DNA of 64,000 nucleotides from an uncultured Candidatus Saccharibacteria bacterium (GCA_963716565.1 OY970318.1:516284-580283); one strand, 5' to 3'. Shown: positions 28,816 through 38,512, numbered from the stretch's first letter. The notes: generated from the sequence alone by a model not told the origin. Numbers and translations: made by a program.

Positions 28816-29077
28816 GTCTATACATTATAATGAAGAGACTATGGATAGTTTAAAAGATATTTTGGCTAAAAAAGATTTAGACGAGCCAACCGAAGTTACG
28901 GCCCTAAAAGAATACTGCCAAGAGCTGTTCAAGTTCACGCCCAAAATCTCTATTAGAAACGACCTTATCTGGATGAACGTACCCAACGGCATTTTAGCTA
29001 CCGAACTTAGAATGCGCTTGCCAGAAATCCAGCGCCGCTGCGATTTAACCAAAAAACTAGTTATTCGAATCGGCTAA
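28814..29077 (+). CDS. Small hypothetical protein (weak DUF721/DciA-like resemblance)
   Basis: 87 aa. The ATG overlaps the fpg ATG head-to-head (CATG at 28813-28816), with an alternative start at 28841. Its 3' end overlaps the convergent HAD gene by 21 nt. Confidence 0.35.
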   Translation: MSIHYNEETMDSLKDILAKKDLDEPTEVTALKEYCQELFKFTPKISIRNDLIWMNVPNGILATELRMRLPEIQRRCDLTKKLVIRIG

Positions 29078-29641
29078 TAGTTTTTCTAGCTCATTTTTGA
29101 ATTGTTCAAAATCTTTATATTGAATTGCTTGCATGCCAACGGCTCGGGCACCGTCACAGTGCCTCATTTGATCATCTATCAACACGCACTCTGCCGGTTT
29201 TATGTTTAATTTATTTGTTATTAATTCAAAAATCTCTGGATGAGGTTTAATCATCTTATACTTGTAGGAAAGAACTATTTCGTCAAAGATTTTGATATCT
29301 TCTGGGTCAAGCTCTTCACTCACCCAATCTTGGGCAGAGTTAGATAAAATACCAACTTTATAATGCGGTTTTAGCTCTGTTCTTATGTAATTAATGAGCG
29401 ATCTGTTTGGATAGTCATTGTCTAAATATTTTTCGGCAACATCTTTTGTTGTACCGGCAATTTGAGCCAGTTGTTCTAAAAACTCATCGTAGGTAATTGC
29501 AGAGTTCTTATCGTAATCATCAATTAATTTTATAGCTCCCTGGCGCTTAGTAGAATTTACAGGGCAGAAATTATCTAAGAAGGATGTCACTCCTTCCGAA
29601 ACAATCACCCCAAAATAATCGAATATTATTGCCTTGATCAT
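29057..29641 (-). CDS. HAD-superfamily hydrolase-like protein
   Basis: 194 aa. AIIFDYFGVIV (motif I with only the first Asp), SNS motif II and LIDDQ motif IV. Confidence 0.65.
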   Translation of the reverse strand: MIKAIIFDYFGVIVSEGVTSFLDNFCPVNSTKRQGAIKLIDDYDKNSAITYDEFLEQLAQIAGTTKDVAEKYLDNDYPNRSLINYIRTELKPHYKVGILSNSAQDWVSEELDPEDIKIFDEIVLSYKYKMIKPHPEIFELITNKLNIKPAECVLIDDQMRHCDGARAVGMQAIQYKDFEQFKNELEKLLADSNN

Positions 29642-29647
29642 AGATTA

Positions 29648-29692
29648 CTTTCTATTATCTAACGTCCAACGTCTATCGTCTAATGTCTATTT
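29648..29692. repeat. Family A element A2 (dut-HAD spacer)
   Basis: The minus strand reads AAATAGACATTAGACGATAGACGTTGGACGTTAGATAATAGAAAG. Its first TAG is the dut stop codon. Confidence 0.8.
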
Positions 29693-30121
29693 TCCGGTGC
29701 TACCAAAACGGCCTTCGCCACGAGCGGTCTCATTTAGCTCTGCCACTTCTTGCCACCGGGCCTTTTCGTATTTAGCAATCACCATTTGGGCAATGCGATC
29801 ACCATGATTTATCACAAAATCTTCTTGACCATGATTTATTAAAATCACCGCGATTTCGCCACGATAGTCGGCATCCACCGTACCCGGCGTATTTACAACT
29901 GTGATTCCATTCTTAATTGCCCAACCGCCGCGAGGCCGTACTTGCGCTTCGTAGCCTTCCGGCACCGCTATGGCAATGCCAGTCCAAACAGCAGCTCTTT
30001 CGCCAGGTTTTAAAGTTAGTGATTCTTCCAAGCAGGCATGCAAATCCATCCCCGCACTATGCTCGGTCTGATACTCCGGCAATATCGCATTCGGTCGTAA
30101 TTTTTTAACTTCAATTTTCAT
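29687..30121 (-). CDS. dut: dUTP diphosphatase
   Basis: 144 aa. [36 protein letters not shown] and GRFGSTG. Confidence 0.9.
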   Translation of the reverse strand: MKIEVKKLRPNAILPEYQTEHSAGMDLHACLEESLTLKPGERAAVWTGIAIAVPEGYEAQVRPRGGWAIKNGITVVNTPGTVDADYRGEIAVILINHGQEDFVINHGDRIAQMVIAKYEKARWQEVAELNETARGEGRFGSTGK

Positions 30122-30534
30122 GGTTCTATTCTATCAATTATCGCCTTAAGTTTCTCTTTGTTAATTTCTTGCCAAATACATGTAATAAATTCTTTTTTTG
30201 CCATCCACTTATAACCAATATGCTCCTCGTTCAAAACAATATCAGTATTTTTAACTAAGGCCGCGTAGCATGGTTCATGAAAAAGTCGTTTTTTATATTC
30301 ATAATCAAATGTATCGTTTAAGTCTTGCAACTGCTTAGCCTCCAGTCCAGTCTCCTCTTGCACTTCACGTACAGCAGCTTGTTCAAATGTTTCACCATTT
30401 TCTACGTCACCAGTTACTACGTAATAGTCGTATGGATATTCTGGACCAGGCGTTGGCTTTAAGGCCAAATATCTTAATCCGTCTTTCGTTTCTTTATAAA
30501 TAACTACCCAAACCTTTTTATATATTTTTGCCAT
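30118..30534 (-). CDS. NUDIX hydrolase
   Basis: 138 aa. Nudix box [23 protein letters not shown]. Its TGA stop overlaps the dut ATG (ATGA). Confidence 0.8.
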   Translation of the reverse strand: MAKIYKKVWVVIYKETKDGLRYLALKPTPGPEYPYDYYVVTGDVENGETFEQAAVREVQEETGLEAKQLQDLNDTFDYEYKKRLFHEPCYAALVKNTDIVLNEEHIGYKWMAKKEFITCIWQEINKEKLKAIIDRIEP

Positions 30535-30538
30535 TGGT

Positions 30539-33172
30539 CTACAGTTCGCCCCAGTTTTTACCAGTATGGATTTCTACCGCCAAACGTACACCTAAATCGG
30601 GGTAAATGTTTTCCATTATGTCTTTGAGCAGGTCAGAAACTTGGCCAGCTTTTTTGGCTGAACATTCCACCAGAATAGAGTCATGGATTTGCAATAATTG
30701 GTGGCAATCTTTTGGCAAAGCTTCTTCAATTTTTATCATCGCCATCTTCATTAAATCGGCTTCGGTGCCTTGGATCGGCATATTCACAGCCTGGCGCAAA
30801 GCAGCTTCGCGAACAACATAAACTGGCGATTTTACATCTGGCGTTGGGCGGCGGCGGCCAAACATAGTTTGCACATAACCTTGCTCAAACGCCTGTTTTT
30901 TAAGCTCGTTAATATAATCGACTAACGGCTGGCGGGTAGCAAAATAGCGTTCAATGAAACCTCTGGCGTCGTCAAAGCTCATACCCGTAGCAGCCGCCAA
31001 GCCGTGCGGGCTCATGCCATAAAGTACACCAAAGTTAATAGTTTTAGCATTGCTGCGTTGCTGAGGCGTTACGTTTTCTAGGGCGATGCCATAGATTTCG
31101 CTGGCCGTACGAGTATGAATGTCTGCCCCATTGTTAAACACTTCTATCATATCGCCGTCGCCGGCCATACAGGCCGCCAAGCGCAACTCAAATTGGCTAT
31201 AGTCGGCCGAAACAAATACATTGCCCTTATCGGCCACAAAAGCCGTGCGGATAGTTTTGCCTAGCTCGCTACGCACTGGAATATTTTGCAAGTTTGGGTC
31301 GCTCGAACTTAACCGCCCAGTTTGGGTAACTGTTAAGTTAAAAGTGGTGTGAATTCGCCCGTCTTTAGCTACTAATTTTGGCAGGGCATCTACATAAGTA
31401 CTCTTTAGCTTGGTATATTCGCGGTATTTAGTGATGCAATCGATTACCGGGTGGATGCCGCGTAGTTTATCTAGTTCGTTAGCGGCCGTAGAATAAACAC
31501 CGGTTTTGCCTTTTTTAACACTAACGGCCGGCAACCCCATGTCTTCGAACAATACGCCGGCTAACTGCTGCGGGCTAGAAATATTAAACTCTTGGTTGGC
31601 ATAGCCGTAGATTGTCTGTTCTATATCGCTGATTTCGTCTTCCATTTTTTGGCTCATCTTTTTTAAGTAACCAATATTTAGGGCTATGCCTAATTCTTCC
31701 ATGCGAGTCAATACGCTAATTACCGGCCACTCTACTTCGGCTGCCAGTTTAGCTAGTTTGGGCAATTCAGCCAGTTGCTTTGCTTGTTTTTTATGTAAGG
31801 CCATTAACATGCCCACTAACTCAGTAGCATGCTGGGGTATATCGTCTGGCGGGATGGTTGCGGCATCGACATGCTGGTAATCAATTTCGTGTTCGGCTAA
31901 GTCATGCAAAGCCTTTGAGACGTGCAAACTATCCAGCAAAAAGGCCGCTACCTGGCAGTCGTGAGCAACTTTTTTGGCGTTTAGCCCTAATTCGTGCAAA
32001 CTTTTTAACTGCTTCTTTAAGTCATACCCAACCAACGAAGCTCCTTCTATGGCTGTTTTGAGCTTTTTTAAAGCCTTAACGTCTTTAGGTAGCTCAAAGG
32101 TAGCAACTTGACTCTCAGTGCCCAGCACCACAGCGTATGGGTCAGCCCCGCTGGTACCGTGAGCAAAAACATTAATATACAGAGTGTCTTTGTCAGTAAT
32201 GTGAAATATTTCGGGTTTCACAAGAGGTGGTAGGCTTAAATTCCCACTTGGCGCAATGCCGTCGGCAATTTCTTTAGCTTCTTCACTTATTTCGGGTAAT
32301 TGCCTTAGTAAGCTCTTAAATTCCAGTCTTTCTAGATTGGCTTTTAATTTGGCAACATCAAAGTTTTTAATATCTAGGGCTTTTAAATCTAGCTTGATTG
32401 GGGCATCCGTAAATAGTGTTACTAATTTTTTACTCAAATAAGCCATATCTTTGCCGGCCACTAATTTATCGTGCACAGATTTTGGCAAAAGCTCTATATT
32501 TTCATAAACAGCATCGAGCGTTTGGTATTTTTTAAGCAATTCTAGAGCTGTTTTCTCGCCAATGCCTGGTACGCCCGGAATGTTGTCTGACGAATCGCCT
32601 TTTAAGGCTTTTAAGTCTAGGAATTGATTAACTTCGATGCCATATTTAGCCTTAAAGCTTTCGGGGTGGAATTCTTCTATATTGCTAAAACCTTTTTTGA
32701 GGGCGTAAACCTTAACGTGGCCATTAACACACTGCAAAACATCTAAATCGCTGGTAATTAAGTCGGTTTCTATGCCTTTAGCGCGAGCTTGCTCGGCTAG
32801 GGTTGCCATAATATCGTCGGCTTCGTAATCGTCTAGTTCGTAAAGCGGCCAGCCAAAGGCCTCTAAAAGCTCATGTAAAATAGGAATTTGAGCATAAAAG
32901 TCTGGCGGCGCCGGTTTGCGCCCAGCCTTATATTCGGGGTAAATTTTTAGGCGGCTACGAATATTAGTTTTAGCTTTGTCCCAAGCTACAGCTACATAAT
33001 CAGGGTGCAAATGCCTAATAGCCTCTAGGCTTAGTGCCGTAAAACCATAGACTCCGCCTGTTGGCGTACCATCTTTGGTGGCTAGCCCGGGCATCGCATA
33101 ATAACCGCGGTAAAATATGCTTTTACCGTCAATAATGACAAGTCTTTTATTCGGAGTGCTCGCAGCTATAAT
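30539..33172 (-). CDS. polA: DNA polymerase I (5'-nuclease, 3'-5' exo-like and polymerase domains); start probably non-canonical ATT/ATA
   Basis: The ORF track begins at Met 33094, but the conserved 5'-nuclease N-terminus KRLVIIDGKSIFYRGYYA is encoded in frame upstream. That stretch has no ATG, GTG or TTG between the in-frame TAA and this motif. GGAGG at 33180-33176 is followed by ATT (33172) and ATA (33169). Confidence 0.85.
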   Translation of the reverse strand: MIAASTPNKRLVIIDGKSIFYRGYYAMPGLATKDGTPTGGVYGFTALSLEAIRHLHPDYVAVAWDKAKTNIRSRLKIYPEYKAGRKPAPPDFYAQIPILHELLEAFGWPLYELDDYEADDIMATLAEQARAKGIETDLITSDLDVLQCVNGHVKVYALKKGFSNIEEFHPESFKAKYGIEVNQFLDLKALKGDSSDNIPGVPGIGEKTALELLKKYQTLDAVYENIELLPKSVHDKLVAGKDMAYLSKKLVTLFTDAPIKLDLKALDIKNFDVAKLKANLERLEFKSLLRQLPEISEEAKEIADGIAPSGNLSLPPLVKPEIFHITDKDTLYINVFAHGTSGADPYAVVLGTESQVATFELPKDVKALKKLKTAIEGASLVGYDLKKQLKSLHELGLNAKKVAHDCQVAAFLLDSLHVSKALHDLAEHEIDYQHVDAATIPPDDIPQHATELVGMLMALHKKQAKQLAELPKLAKLAAEVEWPVISVLTRMEELGIALNIGYLKKMSQKMEDEISDIEQTIYGYANQEFNISSPQQLAGVLFEDMGLPAVSVKKGKTGVYSTAANELDKLRGIHPVIDCITKYREYTKLKSTYVDALPKLVAKDGRIHTTFNLTVTQTGRLSSSDPNLQNIPVRSELGKTIRTAFVADKGNVFVSADYSQFELRLAACMAGDGDMIEVFNNGADIHTRTASEIYGIALENVTPQQRSNAKTINFGVLYGMSPHGLAAATGMSFDDARGFIERYFATRQPLVDYINELKKQAFEQGYVQTMFGRRRPTPDVKSPVYVVREAALRQAVNMPIQGTEADLMKMAMIKIEEALPKDCHQLLQIHDSILVECSAKKAGQVSDLLKDIMENIYPDLGVRLAVEIHTGKNWGEL

Positions 33173-33222
33173 AAACCTCCCAATGCGTACACATTTATTA
33201 TACGCTAAAGGGGTAGATTACT

Positions 33223-33864
33223 CTAATTAAGGCTCTTTACTAGCTGCTGAGCGCGGTCTAGAAATTCTTGTTTGTCATTGCCGTTGTTTTCAATTGTGAT
33301 AGTAGCATGAGCTTTTACGTAGCTAGTGTTCATCTGAACTTCTTCTGGGATGCCCGGCTGAGGGTTATACTGCAGATTCTCGTGAGCATTAAACTCTTCC
33401 AGGCTAATCGGCTTCTCGCCCGCCCTAAGGTTGGCTAGCTTTCTGTTGTGCCGTACAACATCACTGGCCTCAACCCAAATAAGCTCACCGCCATGCCCTA
33501 AAATATAGCTAACTTCTATTGGGGCACGGATGCTGAACATTACCAACCCCTTATGATGGTCTTTTACTTTTTCAAATTTTTCTAAAGCGATCTTTAGGGC
33601 AAAGTCCGAGCCATTGGTACTACGTAACCAGTTTGACGTTTCGGTCATATTAGCAACAGAGGCTGGGTCTGAGTCATTTTGGTGTCTTTTGCGAGATTCT
33701 TCACGCACGATATCACCTAGTGAGACCCCGAACCAACCATCTTGCATGAACAGTTCAGCCAGCGTATCTTTGCCGCTGCGAGTTAGCCCACCAATCCCAA
33801 CTAGACGTTGGACGTTAGACGTTGGAAGTTGGGGAATTGTTTGTTTCTTTCTATCGTCTATCAT
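33223..33864 (-). CDS. P-loop kinase, dNMP/NMP-kinase-like
   Basis: 213 aa. Walker A GIGGLTRSGKDT. The ATG and the first 20 codons or so lie inside repeat element A3. Confidence 0.45.
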   Translation of the reverse strand: MIDDRKKQTIPQLPTSNVQRLVGIGGLTRSGKDTLAELFMQDGWFGVSLGDIVREESRKRHQNDSDPASVANMTETSNWLRSTNGSDFALKIALEKFEKVKDHHKGLVMFSIRAPIEVSYILGHGGELIWVEASDVVRHNRKLANLRAGEKPISLEEFNAHENLQYNPQPGIPEEVQMNTSYVKAHATITIENNGNDKQEFLDRAQQLVKSLN

Positions 33865-33884
33865 CTAATGTCTATCGTCTATTT
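33801..33884. repeat. Family A element A3 (rpoD / kinase-like gene junction)
   Basis: The minus strand reads AAATAGACGATAGACATTAGATGATAGACGATAGAAAG, a 23-nt spacer, then TCCAACGTCTAACGTCCAACGTCTAG. The first TAG is the rpoD stop. Confidence 0.8.
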
Positions 33885-34994
33885 TATGTAATCTAGTAAT
33901 CGTTTTGAGTCTTTGTGCTTACGCAACTTAGCCAAGGCTTTGGCTTCAATCTGGCGAATACGTTCGCGGGTAACACTAAATTCCTGGCCAACTTCTTCTA
34001 GGGTGTGACTTTTGCCGTCTTCTAGGCCAAAGCGCAATCGGATAATCTTTTGTTCGCGCTCGCTTAAAGAACTTAGCAAATCTTTAACTTGCTCTTTTAG
34101 CAACTGGGTAGCGGCCGATTCTTCGGGGCTAACGGTGTCTTCGTCTTCTACAAAATCACCCAGTACACTGTCTTCGTCGTCATCGCGCACGCTTTGATCG
34201 AGCGAGTGAATATCTTGCTTAATCTTCATAATGTGCTCAACTTTTTCGACTTCAATCTCCATTTCTTTGGCGATTTCTTCGTTGGTTGGTTCGCGATTTA
34301 ACTCTTGAGTTAAGCGGCGCTGAGTGCGAAGTAGTTTATTAATGGTTTCTACCATGTGCACCGGAATGCGAATAGTACGAGCCTGGTCGGCAATGGCGCG
34401 GGTTATGGCCTGGCGAATCCACCAAGTAGCATAGGTACTGAACTTAAAACCTTTATCGGGGTCGAATTTTTCTACAGCCCGAAGCAAACCGGTGTTGCCT
34501 TCTTGAATAAGGTCTAATAAATCCAAACCGCGCCCCACATAACGTTTGGCGATAGAAACTACCAAACGCATATTGGCTTCAGCCATTTTGTCTTTGGCGC
34601 GCTTGTCGCCACTAACAACTCGGTGGGCCAGTTCTAGTTCTTCTTCGGCATTTAAAAGTGGAATTTTGCCAATTTCGCGCAAATACAAGCGCACCGAATC
34701 GTCAGATACGTCGTCTAAATAAACGTTTGGCTCGGCAACAATTGCCTCTTCGTCTTCTTCTTTAACCCATTCGTCGCTAAAATCATCGGCTTCTGGTTCT
34801 TCGGTAGCCAAAAGTTCAATACCTGCTTCGCTCATTTCGCCGTACAAAACATCTAGCAAGTCTAAGTTGTCTGGGGTATCGGGGATTTCTTTAAAGATTT
34901 CCCGTTGCTCTAAATGACCGTCTTTTTTGCCTTTTTCGACTAACTTGTCTTTAGCCGCTGTTAATTCGTCGGCAGTTAAACTATCGTCTACCAT
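33879..34994 (-). CDS. rpoD: RNA polymerase primary sigma factor (sigma-70)
   Basis: 371 aa. Regions 1.2-4 are present ([52 protein letters not shown]). Confidence 0.9.
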   Translation of the reverse strand: MVDDSLTADELTAAKDKLVEKGKKDGHLEQREIFKEIPDTPDNLDLLDVLYGEMSEAGIELLATEEPEADDFSDEWVKEEDEEAIVAEPNVYLDDVSDDSVRLYLREIGKIPLLNAEEELELAHRVVSGDKRAKDKMAEANMRLVVSIAKRYVGRGLDLLDLIQEGNTGLLRAVEKFDPDKGFKFSTYATWWIRQAITRAIADQARTIRIPVHMVETINKLLRTQRRLTQELNREPTNEEIAKEMEIEVEKVEHIMKIKQDIHSLDQSVRDDDEDSVLGDFVEDEDTVSPEESAATQLLKEQVKDLLSSLSEREQKIIRLRFGLEDGKSHTLEEVGQEFSVTRERIRQIEAKALAKLRKHKDSKRLLDYIK

Positions 34995-35001
34995 TTTTTA
35001 C

Positions 35002-36747
35002 CTATTCTTTCTTGAGTAAGTCATTAAATTGATCTAGCAGTTTGGCTATTAGCTTTTCGTTACCGACTTTTTCGGCCTCGCGAATAGCTAAAGTTAATTC
35101 TTCTTTTTGTTGTTTTTGGTATTTTAATGTCAATTTGCGGATTAAATCTCTTAGCTCTCGCAGGCGCTCGTTGGCGTCAAAATTTTCGTAGAGCTCTTCC
35201 GCTTTGAATAGTAGTATTTTTACATAGTCTTCAACATCTTTCAAATCTTCTGGTATAGATTCGTTCAAAGAAACCTGCGGATTGGCTTCAATATATTCGT
35301 AAACCCGCTGTCTTTCGGGGTTACTAAACACCAACCTAGTACTTTCGGTTTCTAACGACCGCCTAGTGAGCGAAAAGGCCGCCAGCAGACACAATAGCTG
35401 GTCTTCAAATATATATGGGTCGTTATTTACGTGTTCGATACTTAATAGCTTGGCCCGCTTAATTGGCAAATCTCCGCCACCTTGAATAGTCTTTAATTTG
35501 CTACGCATTGCAGCTTCACTAACTTCTGTTAGCTTGGCTAACTCTAATAAATAATGATCTTGCTCTACACTATCTTCTAAACGGGCAATAGTTTCTAGCA
35601 AAACATCCGTAAAAGTGCGCTTGCCATGAGCGGTAGTAATGTCGTAAATGCCTTGATAGCGCTCCATTAGCCAGTCCATAGCGTACTTAGGACTATTAAT
35701 GGCCTTCTCCCACAATAAGGGATTTTTTTGGATCAATTCATCGGGGTCTTTGGCTTTTTCGACAGTAACAATGCCAAGCTGTACATGCACGGCTTGGGCA
35801 GTAGCGATAGCGCGCTCAGCAGCCGCAATGCCAGCCCGATCTTGGTCAAAACTAAGCCGAATGTCATTAGTAAAGCGTTGCAAAGCCTTCAAGTGATAAG
35901 TCGTTAAGGCCGTTCCAGCCGTGGCCACTACGTTTTTATATCCGGCCTGATGGCTGCTAATAACGTCTAGATTGCCCTCTACAATCACCACAAAACCACT
36001 GCGCCTAATGGCATCCTTAGCCAAATGCAGGCCAAAAACGTGCCGGCTTTTGTCGTACAGCATTGTTTGTGGCGTATTTATGTATTTCGGCGCATCGGGG
36101 TCATCAGTTAAAATCCTAGCCGTAAAACCTATTGGCAAACCCTGAGGATCCATCAACGGGATCATAATACGACCCCTAAACATATCGCCCAAGCCGTAGT
36201 AGCGCTGAGCAGTCAGGCCGGCAAATTTTATAGAATTTTCATCGAAATTACGTTTTTTTAAGAAGTCGATTAAAGCCGTATTAGAATTTGGGGCATAACC
36301 GATTTTAAAATCATTTAAAGTTTGGCGGTTAAAATGACGCTTTTTAAGCACATAATCGAGCGCTCCGGGATTTTTTAATAGAGTCTGCTGGTAATACTTG
36401 GTAGCTAGTTCTAGGGCAGCCTGGGCTTTGTCTTTATTTTGCTTGGCGTGGCCATCACCTTTTTGGTACAGGCTTAAATCAACACCAGCCTTGCGGGCTA
36501 AGATTTCTAGAGCCCCCTTGAAATCGGTGCCCTCCATCTCCATGACAAAGCTGAACATGCTGCCGCCCTTACCCGAACTAAAGTCATGCCAAATCTGTTT
36601 ATCAGGACTCACCATAAAACTGGGAGTACGCTCTGAATTAAACGGCGACAAGGCCTTAAAGTTACGGCCGGCTTTTTTAAGTTCTATGTAGTCGGCAATA
36701 ACATCCTCGATTAAAAGGCGTGATTTGATTTCTTCCACTGCGTCCAT
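35002..36747 (-). CDS. dnaG: DNA primase DnaG (zinc-ribbon ligands substituted)
   Basis: 581 aa with a TOPRIM core (VIVEGNLDVIS). The N-terminal ribbon region reads ALSPFNSERTPSF...WHDFSSGKGG instead of C-x-x-H...C-x-x-C. Confidence 0.9.
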   Translation of the reverse strand: MDAVEEIKSRLLIEDVIADYIELKKAGRNFKALSPFNSERTPSFMVSPDKQIWHDFSSGKGGSMFSFVMEMEGTDFKGALEILARKAGVDLSLYQKGDGHAKQNKDKAQAALELATKYYQQTLLKNPGALDYVLKKRHFNRQTLNDFKIGYAPNSNTALIDFLKKRNFDENSIKFAGLTAQRYYGLGDMFRGRIMIPLMDPQGLPIGFTARILTDDPDAPKYINTPQTMLYDKSRHVFGLHLAKDAIRRSGFVVIVEGNLDVISSHQAGYKNVVATAGTALTTYHLKALQRFTNDIRLSFDQDRAGIAAAERAIATAQAVHVQLGIVTVEKAKDPDELIQKNPLLWEKAINSPKYAMDWLMERYQGIYDITTAHGKRTFTDVLLETIARLEDSVEQDHYLLELAKLTEVSEAAMRSKLKTIQGGGDLPIKRAKLLSIEHVNNDPYIFEDQLLCLLAAFSLTRRSLETESTRLVFSNPERQRVYEYIEANPQVSLNESIPEDLKDVEDYVKILLFKAEELYENFDANERLRELRDLIRKLTLKYQKQQKEELTLAIREAEKVGNEKLIAKLLDQFNDLLKKE

Positions 36748-36755
36748 ATCAGCTT

Positions 36756-36812
36756 TAGTTTACAGTAAACAGTTTACAGTTAACAGTAATCATTGGTTAA
36801 CAAGCTTTCGCT
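36756..36812. repeat. Family C heptamer repeat C1 (CAGTWWA units)
   Basis: TAGTTTA CAGTAAA CAGTTTA CAGTTAA CAGTAAT CATTGGT TAACAAG, immediately upstream of the dnaG start (minus strand) in a divergent spacer. Confidence 0.7.
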
Positions 36813-36845
36813 TAAAACTGCGCTCAAATCGTATATCGTGCTTAA

Positions 36846-36930
36846 GTTGGCAAGTTACTAGTAGCGAGTGGCAAGCAAATCACAAAATACTTTTTCTCGC
36901 TAACTTGTTAACTCACCGACTTGCGGCTAA
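36846..36930. repeat. Family B element B4 (dnaG upstream region)
   Basis: GTTGGCAAGTTACTAGTAGCGAGTGGCAAGCAAATCAC ... CTCGCTAACTTGTTAAC, with the arms inverted. Confidence 0.7.
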
Positions 36931-36979
36931 ACATAAGCGTTGAGTGTCAGCCAAAAATACTCTATGCTAATTGGTAGCA

Positions 36980-37579
36980 ATGGCCTTAAACCCAAACAAT
37001 CCCTACGAGTTCATAATGAGCGAGCCCAACAAGGCTCATCATTTGCCGATTAAAGTTGATAATAACAGCCTAAAAGGCCGCTTATTAGTTGTTGTTGGTG
37101 GTGCGATAATTTTTATTATTATCATGGTTGTACTATTCGGCGTAATACTAAAACCAAGCACCAAAGGCGCAGAATCTATGTATCAGGTGGCCGCTGCCCA
37201 ACAGGACATTATTGGCTTGACAGATTTAGGCAAAACCAACGTTAAAGGACAAGAGCTGCTGTCTTCAACGGTAACTATCAGCGCTGTTATCAACAGCCAT
37301 CGTTATTCCACCAATAGTTCAATTTCTAAAAGTAGCTTTAGCAAAAATAGTTCTACTAAAATTAAAGCGCTACTTAATAGCCAGTACAAAGCAACTTTAG
37401 ACGCCGCCAAGATTAGCGGTACTTATGATGACACTTATAAAACGCTGTTATCTAGTCGCCTAGACACATATCGTTCGTACCTGCAAGCAGCCCATGCCAA
37501 TGTTTCTAGCCAGACCCTCAGAACCCAGCTAGATGTTGAGTACGTCCAAGCTAACGCGTTAACTTTGAGTGCTGACTAA
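36980..37579 (+). CDS. Single-TM hypothetical protein
   Basis: About 199 aa from the ATG at 36980 (MALNPNNPYEF); the ORF track starts at the TTG at 36971. One TM helix (LLVVVGGAIIFIIIMVVLFGVIL) and no recognisable domain. Confidence 0.45.
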   Translation: MALNPNNPYEFIMSEPNKAHHLPIKVDNNSLKGRLLVVVGGAIIFIIIMVVLFGVILKPSTKGAESMYQVAAAQQDIIGLTDLGKTNVKGQELLSSTVTISAVINSHRYSTNSSISKSSFSKNSSTKIKALLNSQYKATLDAAKISGTYDDTYKTLLSSRLDTYRSYLQAAHANVSSQTLRTQLDVEYVQANALTLSAD

Positions 37580-37906
37580 GTTATAACTTAGGCGAATCAA
37601 ATCTTGCACTTCCGGCCAGCTTAATTGGCCGGTGAGTAAAATGGTATTCCAATGTTTTTTGTTCAGATGATAACCGGGCAAAACCGTTTCGTATTTTTCG
37701 CGTAGTAATACAGCTAATTGTGGATCGCATTTTAAACTAAGTTGAATAGGGCTAGGGCCTTCTTGAATAAGTGCGAACATTTTGCTATGCCCTGTTTTAT
37801 CTTCGGCATTATCTATTTTATATACGGCTACTTCCTTGCCAAACGGGTAACCCAGCTTGGCCTTCGGCATCGATAAAATAAACTCTTCTACAGTTTTATG
37901 ATCCAT
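37559..37906 (-). CDS. MmcQ/YjbR family protein
   Basis: 115 aa. PGYHLNKKHWNTILL and the SYNLV ending are typical of MmcQ/YjbR. Confidence 0.75.
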   Translation of the reverse strand: MDHKTVEEFILSMPKAKLGYPFGKEVAVYKIDNAEDKTGHSKMFALIQEGPSPIQLSLKCDPQLAVLLREKYETVLPGYHLNKKHWNTILLTGQLSWPEVQDLIRLSYNLVSTQS

Positions 37907-38462
37907 CTTCAGAATTCTTAAAATAGTCCAAATAAAATTTTAGTTCAGCTATAGATTCTTCAATATCACCTAGCGCGCGATGAGCTTCTTTTTTGGTATA
38001 TTCCACGCCGTATTTGCTCTGCATTAAGATTTTAAAAGAAGTAACGTCTAGCATGCGGTAATGCAGTAGGGCTTCTACTTTTGGCCAATAAGGCTTTATA
38101 AAATTCCTGTCGTTATATACCGAATTGCCGGCTATTATGGCTGGCGCATCTTTAAAATGCTCACTTATTAGCGCAACTAGTTCTGTTTCCGCTTGTTCGA
38201 TAGGCTTAGCGCTATCAAAATTATTCAAAAAACTATCACGGTTTTGGGGTACTGTTGCCCAAAACGGGTTAGCATTCATTAATCTTTCGGCTTCGTCTTT
38301 GTCTTGCTTGATACTGGCTTCATAACGAGCTAGCTCTTTAAAATCAAAGTCTGTAATAATAACGGCAACTTCTAAAATCTTATCCACTCGCGGGTCTAAA
38401 TTAGTCATTTCTAAATCAACCCACAGTAGTTTGGTGGTTGGTGAAAGTTTTAAATCAATCAT
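37896..38462 (-). CDS. orn: Oligoribonuclease
   Basis: 188 aa. DEDDh exonuclease motifs (LLWVDLEMTNLD, GNSVYNDRNF, HRALGDIEESI). Confidence 0.85.
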   Translation of the reverse strand: MIDLKLSPTTKLLWVDLEMTNLDPRVDKILEVAVIITDFDFKELARYEASIKQDKDEAERLMNANPFWATVPQNRDSFLNNFDSAKPIEQAETELVALISEHFKDAPAIIAGNSVYNDRNFIKPYWPKVEALLHYRMLDVTSFKILMQSKYGVEYTKKEAHRALGDIEESIAELKFYLDYFKNSEDGS

Positions 38463-38512
38463 ATCTAAAAGTATACCGTAAAAATATGAAGCATCATCAT
38501 AAACTAGAGATA

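Noticed and set aside
30118-30121. Alternative genetic code with UGA reassigned, as in some CPR lineages.
   Set aside because: TGA terminates the Nudix and ABC ATPase genes in ATGA stop-start overlaps at the expected protein ends. All conserved proteins translate to full length under code 11.
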